NCBI GenBank assembly: GCA_018400815.1
Contig: JAGYLS010000048.1
Location: forward strand, 1-13,190
Direction of reading: 5' to 3'
DNA from: Candidatus Oleincola secundus
GTDB lineage: Bacteria; Atribacterota; Phoenicimicrobiia; Phoenicimicrobiales; Stramentimicrobiaceae
DNA length: 13,190 nucleotides
The translations under genes were made by a program, and so were the position numbers. Shown in pieces: positions 1 to 6,725 of the stretch (positions are counted from its first letter, which is position 1; every line of letters begins with the position of its first letter). The notes under the pieces were generated by a model. That model was not told where the DNA came from. It made no database searches and worked only from the letters and a program-made list of their open reading frames with translations.

Positions 1-1
1 G

Positions 2-277
2 GTTCCCATAAATTTAGGGCATTTCTTCATAGCAATAAATATTTCTTCTTTTATTGATTTAGAGACCTTTAAAAAGACAACTGGTGATATCCTACGAACC
101 CTTCGTTCAGCCAAAAAGGCGCCAGGAGCGGAAAAAATATATACTGCCGGAGAAAAAGAATATATGACCTGGTTAGACAGGAAAGACAAGGGTGCACCAA
201 TTAATAAAAATCTACAGCAACAATTACTGGAAATCAAAAAGGAATTGAATCTGGAAAAATACAATTTCCCATTTTAA
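2..277 (+). CDS. Ldh_2-family (malate/L-lactate/sulfolactate-type) oxidoreductase, 3' part only (5' end outside window)
   Basis: Not in the ORF track. My translation of frame 2: VPINLGHFFIAINISSFIDLETFKKTTGDILRTLRSAKKAPGAEKIYTAGEKEYMTWLDRKDKGAPINKNLQQQLLEIKKELNLEKYNFPF, with TAA at 275-277. GHFFIAI and IYTAGEKE match the C-terminal motifs of the Ldh_2 (PF02615) family. Confidence 0.88.
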   Translation, partial: VPINLGHFFIAINISSFIDLETFKKTTGDILRTLRSAKKAPGAEKIYTAGEKEYMTWLDRKDKGAPINKNLQQQLLEIKKELNLEKYNFPF

Positions 278-372
278 TAAACTCTTAAAGTAAAAATAAG
301 AATAATATTAGTATAAGTAATATAATGTTAACAAAATAAAGAGAAAAAGAAAGAGGAGAGTACTATTTTAAG

Positions 373-471
373 ATGAATAACCAATATTGTTATGTTTCAG
401 CAGATGTTTTAGGAAATTTTATGGGAGATGTTCTAGCGAGCTTGGGTATAAAAAGGTTGACAGTTTTTTAG
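373..471 (+). pseudogene. 32-codon ORF resembling the N-terminus of an Ldh_2-family oxidoreductase (truncated remnant or small protein)
   Basis: ATG373..TAG471 encodes MNNQYCYVSADVLGNFMGDVLASLGIKRLTVF. It is preceded by TATAAT (321-326) and GAGGAG (353-358). The pattern VSADVLGNFMGDVLASLGI resembles the first strand and helix of Ldh_2 proteins as I recall them. Confidence 0.5.
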
Positions 472-485
472 TTAACCGTTAATAT
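457..485 (+). promoter_or_regulatory. sigma70-type promoter for the DUF6391 gene
   Basis: TTGACA (457-462), a 17-nt spacer, then TAATAT (480-485), about 47 nt before the TTG start at 533. Confidence 0.65.
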
Positions 486-532
486 TGGTATGTTTTTAGT
501 AAATCCAACTGTAGAAAGAAGGTTAGTTAGAA

Positions 533-1180
533 TTGTTTTTACTATTTTTGCTATATCTTTTTCTGATGCCCATGTTTTTCTTTTTTATTATTGCTTTGTT
601 TTTTTTACCTTATGGTTTTACAATTTATTCTTTTATAACCTTGATTACTGTACCTAAACAAATTTGGAGGGTAGCTAAAAGTCAAAATATAAAGAGAAAT
701 CATGCGATAGAGCATGCTACCATTAATGTTTTAGAACAGCTTGCAGGACATCATTTGAATATTTCCGGGTTATCGCGAGAAGATGGTTTTTATATTGCCG
801 GAATCCAGAACCCGGAAATGGTGGAAGATGCCGCGATTCAAGGTTTAAAATTGTTGAAACAGGGAAATTGTCAGCTGGCAATTCATCGTCGCTGTGGAAC
901 AGACATTGCAATAGCCAATTTCCTGAGTGCCCTGATATTTCTGATTTTACTTTTTACCACAGGGATGTTCAGTTTATTAAATATTATCATTGCCTTATTG
1001 CTCTCTAATTTGATAAGTCCCTATCTGGGAGAGTATGTACAAAAATATTTCACCACTTCCTGTGATGTAGCGAATATGGAAATTGTCGGTTTAGAGTTTG
1101 AATTAGGCAGGCAAGAAGGGGCTACTATGTTGTTAAGGCATTTTCCGCGGGGATATTTTATTAGGACAGCGACCTATTAA
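533..1180 (+). CDS. DUF6391-like membrane protein with putative metal-binding motifs
   Basis: 215 aa with a very hydrophobic N-terminus, RNHAIEHAT and HRRCGT motifs that I recognise as DUF6391-type, and a further hydrophobic hairpin. The TTG start has AGAAGG at 517-522. The start could instead be a downstream ATG. Confidence 0.75.
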   Translation: MFLLFLLYLFLMPMFFFFIIALFFLPYGFTIYSFITLITVPKQIWRVAKSQNIKRNHAIEHATINVLEQLAGHHLNISGLSREDGFYIAGIQNPEMVEDAAIQGLKLLKQGNCQLAIHRRCGTDIAIANFLSALIFLILLFTTGMFSLLNIIIALLLSNLISPYLGEYVQKYFTTSCDVANMEIVGLEFELGRQEGATMLLRHFPRGYFIRTATY

Positions 1181-1192
1181 TTATTAAAACTA

Positions 1193-1201
1193 TGGTATAG
1201 T
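1193..1201 (+). promoter_or_regulatory. extended -10 promoter candidate for the 1243/1582 genes
   Basis: TG-G-TATAGT at 1193-1201 with no recognisable -35. SD AGGAGG at 1229-1234. Confidence 0.4.
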
Positions 1202-1242
1202 GGTATGTTGTTTGGAACAATTAAAGGAAGGAGGTTGTTCGT

Positions 1243-1554
1243 ATGGCTAGCGCAAAACAATCAGGTGAAAAAATATTAATTTCCAATATGGATAAGATTG
1301 GAATTGTTCACTTACAAGGAGTTGAGAAATATTTAGAAAAATATAAACCAAAAAAATGTTTTTTATTTACCCCTTCTCAACCACACGAGAATGTTTTAAA
1401 ATATGCTGAGCATATTCAATCACTCAAAATAATCATCTCATCCAATTTTCAGGAAGAAAAGAAAAAGATTGAAGAAGAATATACCGATTCCAAAGTAGTC
1501 ACAGTTGATCCCTATCAGCTTGCCGGTAGAGATGGGATGCTTGACGGTGCTTAA
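1243..1554 (+). CDS. hypothetical protein (103 aa), possibly a degenerate restriction-endonuclease-like alpha/beta fold
   Basis: Strong SD AGGAGG 8 nt before the ATG. It fills the gap between co-oriented neighbours and has a soluble-protein composition. The function was not recognised. Confidence 0.8.
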   Translation: MASAKQSGEKILISNMDKIGIVHLQGVEKYLEKYKPKKCFLFTPSQPHENVLKYAEHIQSLKIIISSNFQEEKKKIEEEYTDSKVVTVDPYQLAGRDGMLDGA

Positions 1555-1581
1555 AATAACAAAAAAGAGAGGAAGTAATAT

Positions 1582-1800
1582 ATGAGGCAAATAGATAAAC
1601 TGGATATCACTGATAACAAACGACTTGTATTGTCTGTGGGAGAATTTAGAGGCTCGCAAAGGGTTGATATTAGAACTTTTGTCAAGCTTAAGGATAAAGA
1701 TGAATATATTCAGACCAAAAAGGGAATCAATTTTAATGCCGAGTGGGTTGATGATTTTATCAAGATGGTAGAAAAGTTAAAAGACACTAAATTTGAGTAA
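1582..1800 (+). CDS. PC4/YdbC-family (transcriptional coactivator p15-like) ssDNA-binding protein
   Basis: 72 aa. LSVGEFRG..VDIR..F....TKKGINF matches the PC4 (PF02229) pattern FKG...DIR...PxxKGI. SD GAGAGGA lies upstream. Confidence 0.88.
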   Translation: MRQIDKLDITDNKRLVLSVGEFRGSQRVDIRTFVKLKDKDEYIQTKKGINFNAEWVDDFIKMVEKLKDTKFE

Positions 1801-1855
1801 TTTAGATATAAGTATAAGTACATTCTTTTGTATTACAAAAAACGGAGCTTAGTGT

Positions 1856-1890
1856 TGATAAATAATTACTTAAATTATTTATCATTTTTT
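1856..1890 (+). terminator. intrinsic terminator between convergent genes
   Basis: Perfect 12-bp inverted repeat TGATAAATAATT (1856-1867) / AATTATTTATCA (1873-1884) with a 5-nt loop, followed by T6 (1885-1890). Confidence 0.65.
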
Positions 1891-1911
1891 GTTATAGATA
1901 GGGTAGAAAAA

Positions 1912-3033
1912 TTACCAATTTGGAAATTCTGCCCTATCTGAGACTGTAAAGAGCCAGGAGAATTTCCTTCGAACACCTGTTTTTTTGTCTCTGACACTAA
2001 TCTGGGCAATCCAGGTCCTCTTCTGGAGCAATTTGGGTGCAACCGGTGTAAATGATATTTCCTGTAATTCGTTGGAATAAGTGTAATCCAGCAATCCGGA
2101 ACCGCTCAATCTAAAAAATAGTGAATCCGGCTCAATGTTCGGGTTATTTAATATTGCTCCTACTTTTATTGCCTGATTATCAGTAACTGTACCGTCGGCT
2201 GGGAAAATAGCATTCAACTTCAGAGTTTTTTCTTGAAGCAAGGACTCGAATTGTTTTATTGAGAAACCTGCAGGAATAATTTGGCGGTTCAGAGAATATG
2301 GATTAATAGGAATGGAATTATTCATACCATTAACATTAAGCAAGGCCTGATATCCAGCTTGTTTTGCCAACATCTTAATTTGCTGGCTATAAACACCGTA
2401 AGGATAGGCGAAAGATTGAACCGGGCTATCGGTGTTTCTTTCTAGAATCGTCCTGGAAAGGGTAATCTCTTTATCTATTCTTTTCAGGTAATCCATATGG
2501 GATTCATTTTGTTTCATATTGACTAAATTACAATGACTAAGACTATGAGAGCCAATTTCCATACCCCCATCTATCATTTCCCTGATTTCCTGCCAGGATA
2601 ACTGATGAGGATCATTGGCAATGAAATCAGTATACAAGAAAAGAGTAGCCGGAAATTGATATTGCTTTAATACAGGGAAGGCAAGGTTGTAAACTGATTT
2701 AAATCCATCGTCAATCGTAATAACAACAGGTTTTTCAGGGAAAAAGTTATTATCAATACACTTCAAAAGCTGAGTTATGGAAATCACGCTATATCCGTTA
2801 TTCTCAAGATAGGCCATTTGTTCTTCGAAGCGGGTAATATTAATAGTATAAGCATCCGGACTATCGCCAGTACAGAATTTATGATAGGTTAATATAGGTA
2901 CTATTGTTTCTTCTATTTTAATTGTATCGGCATAGACTTCCACAAGGTTAAGCGAGAAAGTACCTATAAAGATAATAAAGATAAACAAAAATAGACCTAC
3001 TATTTTTTTTAGATTATTATTATCAATTATCAC
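1912..3033 (-). CDS. secreted or membrane-anchored polysaccharide deacetylase (CE4/NodB domain, IcaB/PgaB-like) with an extra C-terminal beta-rich domain
   Basis: N-terminal signal or TM segment, PILTYH, TIDDG (motif 1), GSHSLSH (metal-binding histidines) and FAYPYG. Confidence 0.9.
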   Translation of the reverse strand: MIIDNNNLKKIVGLFLFIFIIFIGTFSLNLVEVYADTIKIEETIVPILTYHKFCTGDSPDAYTINITRFEEQMAYLENNGYSVISITQLLKCIDNNFFPEKPVVITIDDGFKSVYNLAFPVLKQYQFPATLFLYTDFIANDPHQLSWQEIREMIDGGMEIGSHSLSHCNLVNMKQNESHMDYLKRIDKEITLSRTILERNTDSPVQSFAYPYGVYSQQIKMLAKQAGYQALLNVNGMNNSIPINPYSLNRQIIPAGFSIKQFESLLQEKTLKLNAIFPADGTVTDNQAIKVGAILNNPNIEPDSLFFRLSGSGLLDYTYSNELQEISFTPVAPKLLQKRTWIAQISVRDKKTGVRRKFSWLFTVSDRAEFPNW

Positions 3034-3074
3034 AGTTAACTTTTTCCTTTTCTTTTCCGAGAGAATTTACGAAC

Positions 3075-3821
3075 TTAAAAAATTTTACTGAATATAGGTA
3101 TGATTTCCTTGAATTGCTTCACAATATAATCTGCCTGAATCGCTTTATCTGCATTATTCTGATAATGATTAATCCAAATGGTAGTCATATTCATATTTTT
3201 CCCGCCGACAATATCCTTACTATACGAATCACCAATCATCAAGGATTCATTTCCCCGGCAGTTGGCTTTATCCAGGGCAATTCTAAAAATATCAGGATCC
3301 GGTTTGTAACTTCTGACCTCTTCAGACGTAGTAATTGAATGGAAAGTATCGTCCAGGTTTAATGCCTGAAATTGTCTGAGCTGATAATCATTGTCTATGT
3401 CACTGATAACCCCGCAATGATATCCATTTTCCTTGACTAGGGAAATAGCATCCAATGCGCCTTCTACTAATTGTACATATTTTAAATGATTATGCAGGTA
3501 GATTTCGTTAAACCAATCTATGTCTGAACTGCTTACCCCAATATTAAAGTATACTAACAGTGACTTAAAGGCATTTTCGGAATAAAGATGGAGTCTCTTG
3601 AATTGAACACCATCACCCTGAGAGCGACCTTTTATAGTCATATCATGATTAAATAATTGGCTTTCATATAAATTCACTAGTTGTTCTTCCGTAACAGGAA
3701 GTTGATAATGCTCTTTTATTGCTTTCATCATATGAAAGTGTGCTATTTTATCACTTTCGGTATCCATCAGGGTGCCGCCAAAATCAAAGAAAACAGCTTT
3801 TAAATTATTTTGTATATCCAT
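3075..3821 (-). CDS. HAD-superfamily hydrolase, subfamily IA
   Basis: Motif I FFDFGGTL, motif II ISD, motif III KP (YKPDPDIF), motif IV IGDSYSKDIVG. Confidence 0.92.
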   Translation of the reverse strand: MDIQNNLKAVFFDFGGTLMDTESDKIAHFHMMKAIKEHYQLPVTEEQLVNLYESQLFNHDMTIKGRSQGDGVQFKRLHLYSENAFKSLLVYFNIGVSSSDIDWFNEIYLHNHLKYVQLVEGALDAISLVKENGYHCGVISDIDNDYQLRQFQALNLDDTFHSITTSEEVRSYKPDPDIFRIALDKANCRGNESLMIGDSYSKDIVGGKNMNMTTIWINHYQNNADKAIQADYIVKQFKEIIPIFSKIF

Positions 3822-4078
3822 AACTTTATCTTTTTTCAGACCTCTTTATAAAAAAAACAATCCTTATATATACTAAAATTATAACAGATATGTATAGAAC
3901 TTTTATATCTTTAATTTTATAATTTTTACTATTTTCCATCTATTAATTTTATTTCGCCGATTTTAAAATACAACTGTAATGGCTAATTTCTTGAATTAGG
4001 GTAGAACTTGCTTTGATTTATGTGTAGAATATTAATGAAAACAATAAAATATTAAAATAGGGAAAAAGGAGAACAAAT

Positions 4079-4561
4079 ATGGACATTAAAACTGTTAAGC
4101 TAGAATTTCCGGAAGAAACAAATATTATTCTTGGGCAGACTCATTTTATCAAGACTGCTGAAGATATTTATGAGATTATGGTTTCTAATGTGCCCGGGAT
4201 TAAATTTGCAGTAGCTTTTAATGAAGCCTCCGGTCCTTGTTTGGTAAGGGCAGAGGGAAATGACAATAAATTAAAATCATTGGCAATTTCCAATATAAAA
4301 GAGATTGGGGCAGGGCATGCCTTCATTGTGATACTGCAAAAAGCCTTTCCCATTAATGTATTAAATGCAATCAAACAATGTCCGGAAGTTTGTCGTATAT
4401 TTTGTGCTACAGCCAATCCGGTGGAAGTTATTATAGCTGAAACGGAACAGGGTCGTGGTATCATGGGAGTTGTTGACGGTTTTGTGCCTAAGGGGATAGA
4501 AAAAGACGAGGATATCGAAAAACGAAGAAAGTTTTTAAGAACCATTAACTATAAACTTTGA
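4079..4561 (+). CDS. adenosine-specific kinase family protein (PF04008, PAE2307-like)
   Basis: NIILGQTHFIKTAEDIYE, AFNEASGPCLVR, GAGHAF, FPINVLN, CATANP, GRGIMGVVDG and a C-terminal YKL are family hallmarks. SD AAGGAG upstream. Confidence 0.92.
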   Translation: MDIKTVKLEFPEETNIILGQTHFIKTAEDIYEIMVSNVPGIKFAVAFNEASGPCLVRAEGNDNKLKSLAISNIKEIGAGHAFIVILQKAFPINVLNAIKQCPEVCRIFCATANPVEVIIAETEQGRGIMGVVDGFVPKGIEKDEDIEKRRKFLRTINYKL

Positions 4562-4577
4562 AATGTAAATACATGTT

Positions 4578-4733
4578 TTAATCCCGTGGACTACAAGCTC
4601 GTACTGTCCTTAATAAAGCATTACATTAATTACCTGCTTTCTAGAGGAAAATTTCCGAGCAATCTTAGGATTAGCTAAATTCCCGGTTTCTTTGAGAAAA
4701 GAATTAGCAGATTATTCAATTAAATTAATGTGA
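4578..4733 (+). ncRNA. putative structured cis-regulatory RNA in the natAB leader (no known family recognised)
   Basis: Four nested stems: TAATCC/GGATTA, GCTCG/CGAGC, TCCT/AGGA and AAAGCA/TGCTTT. An adjacent hairpin spans 4674-4708. The apical loop has 11-nt complementarity to 4723-4733. Confidence 0.35.
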
Positions 4734-4761
4734 CAATATATTTTAGAAAGGTAAAAATAGT

Positions 4762-5505
4762 GTGATTCAGGTAAAAAATCTAACTAAAGTTTTTCATGAT
4801 AAAAAAAGAGGGAAGATAACAGCTGTCAACAATATTGATTTTCATTGTCAGAGAGGTCAGATATTCGGTTTATTGGGACCCAATGGAGCCGGGAAAACTA
4901 CCACTTTACGCATTCTAGCTACTATGATGGCCCCTACATCAGGGGAGGTTCTGGTTAATGGATATAATGTAGTAAAAGCAGCTCATAAAGTAAGACAAAA
5001 TATTGGTTTTCTATCCGGGGAAACCGGATTATATGATAGATTTACTCCCCGGGAAACTGTCCGCTTTTTCGGGAAGATTAACGGTATGAGCGAAAATGAA
5101 ATAGACGAAAGAATGAATCAAATATTTCAAATCCTGGGAATGGAACATTTTCAGGATGTTAGGGTTGATAAACTTTCTACCGGTATGAAACAAAAACTAT
5201 CAATTGCCAGAGCGATTATTCATAACCCTCCGGTGTTGATTTTTGATGAGCCAACGGTAGGATTAGATGTTATCACAGCAAGAGTGGTAATTGATTATAT
5301 TCGGGAATTTAGACATCAGGGAAAATGTATCATTTTTTCAACACATCAGATGCATGAAGCAGAAAAACTATGTGATGAAATTGCCATCATTCATCTGGGT
5401 AAGCTTCTTTCAGTAGGTACACTGGAAAACTTAAAAAAAGACATTCCGGTCGGAGACCTGGAAGAAATATTTTTTAAATTAATTGAAACAGAGAGTCGTA
5501 TATGA
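4762..5505 (+). CDS. natA: ABC exporter ATP-binding subunit, NatA (Na+ extrusion)-like
   Basis: Walker A GPNGAGKTT, signature LSTGMKQK, Walker B LIFDEPT, H-loop FSTH. GTG start with AGAAAGG upstream. ATGA overlap with a NatB-like permease. Confidence 0.85.
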   Translation: MIQVKNLTKVFHDKKRGKITAVNNIDFHCQRGQIFGLLGPNGAGKTTTLRILATMMAPTSGEVLVNGYNVVKAAHKVRQNIGFLSGETGLYDRFTPRETVRFFGKINGMSENEIDERMNQIFQILGMEHFQDVRVDKLSTGMKQKLSIARAIIHNPPVLIFDEPTVGLDVITARVVIDYIREFRHQGKCIIFSTHQMHEAEKLCDEIAIIHLGKLLSVGTLENLKKDIPVGDLEEIFFKLIETESRI

Positions 5506-6695
5506 ATTGGAATAATATTCGCCTAATTTACTTTAAAGAGATTTCCGGTGCTATTCGAGATCGTAGAACCCTGATAAGTATGATTATTATACCCCTTATA
5601 TTTTATCCGCTTCTTTTTCTTGGAATCGGTTATTTTACAATGATGGGTCAGGAAAAATCAGAGTCTTTGCCTTCAATTATTATTGTGAGGGGAGGAGAAT
5701 ATGCACCTGAACTGATGGAAACACTGGAAAAAAATGAGAAAATCGACCTGGTTTATTTTGAAGAGAATCAGGAGAAAGCATTGGAAGCCGGGGAAATTTA
5801 TTTGTTAATAGAAATTCCGGAAGATTTTAATGTAAATAAGAGTCAGGAAAGCCCTAAAAACATTGTTATTCAATATGATTCAACCGTGCAGTATTCACAA
5901 GTAGCCAGAAGAAGAGTAACCAATTTAATTGAAGATTATCGACAAAAAATTATTGAGAGAAGATTAGAAGAGCTGGGTCTCAATGCTAATTATGTTCAGC
6001 CTATTAAGACCCAATGGTCGGATATTTCATCTGAGGAGCGAAAAACAGGCTCGATCCTGGGTATGATTTTGCCCTATATTATTGTTATACTTATATTTAT
6101 CGGAGCCATGCATTCCGCGGTAGATATTACTGCCGGGGAAAAGGAAAGGGGGACCCTGGCAACTTTACTGGTTAGCCAGCTTAGCCGTTTCGAAATTGTC
6201 ATGGGAAAATATTTTACAGTTATAACTATTTCTGCCACCAGTATGATACTTGGATTAATAGGGCTTAGTATTGCCTTTCTTGCTCCCGCCTATGTATTAG
6301 GTGAATTATCTTTAATAAAAATAAATTTTTCCTTTTCCATTTTTTTCTTATTCTTTTTAGTTTTAGCGCCACTGGTAGGATTGGCCAGTGCCATATTATT
6401 ATTAATCGGTATATTTGCCAGAAATAACAAAGAGGCTTCTACTTATGTCACCCCTATATATATGGGAGCAATCTTTTTAGGAATGATTTCCCTAAGCCAG
6501 GGGATAGAATTAGCAGAACCAATGTTTTTTATTCCGATTTTAAATAATAGCTTTACTTTCAAGGAACTATTAATGGGAATTGTTAATTGGGAACATATTT
6601 TAAGCACACTGATTAGCAATATCGGTATTACCCTGGTTGCTTTGTTAGTAGCAGCATATTTGTTTACCAGAGAAAATGTGCTTTTTCGAAGTTAA
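5502..6695 (+). CDS. natB: ABC-2 type permease, NatB-like
   Basis: KEI...RDRRTL N-terminus, one TM segment, a large extracytoplasmic loop, the AGEKERGTLATLL motif, then about 5 TM segments. Translationally coupled to natA. Confidence 0.85.
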   Translation: MNWNNIRLIYFKEISGAIRDRRTLISMIIIPLIFYPLLFLGIGYFTMMGQEKSESLPSIIIVRGGEYAPELMETLEKNEKIDLVYFEENQEKALEAGEIYLLIEIPEDFNVNKSQESPKNIVIQYDSTVQYSQVARRRVTNLIEDYRQKIIERRLEELGLNANYVQPIKTQWSDISSEERKTGSILGMILPYIIVILIFIGAMHSAVDITAGEKERGTLATLLVSQLSRFEIVMGKYFTVITISATSMILGLIGLSIAFLAPAYVLGELSLIKINFSFSIFFLFFLVLAPLVGLASAILLLIGIFARNNKEASTYVTPIYMGAIFLGMISLSQGIELAEPMFFIPILNNSFTFKELLMGIVNWEHILSTLISNIGITLVALLVAAYLFTRENVLFRS

Positions 6696-6725
6696 ATCTT
6701 ATTAAATTCCCTTTAATAAGATTTA
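6693..6725. terminator. perfect 14-bp hairpin at the natB stop (candidate terminator or mRNA-stabilising stem)
   Basis: TAAATCTTATTAAA (6693-6706), loop TTCCC, TTTAATAAGATTTA (6712-6725). No U-tract follows. Confidence 0.5.

Noticed and set aside
723..1659. Minus-strand ORFs 723-911 and 1438-1659
   Set aside because: They are antisense shadows of better-supported plus-strand genes and have no motifs.
310..1820. Identical 10-mer AGTATAAGTA at 310-319 and 1811-1820, both shortly after stop codons
   Set aside because: There are only two copies of a low-complexity AT-rich word, which is compatible with chance.
3114..4545. ORFs 3114-3338 (+) and 4168-4545 (-)
   Set aside because: They lie entirely antisense within the HAD and adenosine-kinase-family genes and have no recognisable features.
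4559..4678. TGA at 4559-4561 followed by 38 open codons and a stem-loop, suggesting selenocysteine or readthrough
   Set aside because: The PF04008 family normally ends at this YK(L/R) position, the extension has no recognisable motif, and the hairpin does not resemble a bacterial SECIS.
4578..4713. Rod-like RNA as SRP RNA, 6S RNA or a known riboswitch (c-di-AMP, c-di-GMP, yybP-ykoY)
   Set aside because: I found no SRP GGAA-loop domain IV motif, no 6S-like central bubble at the expected length, and none of the conserved riboswitch words. It is kept only as an unassigned structure.
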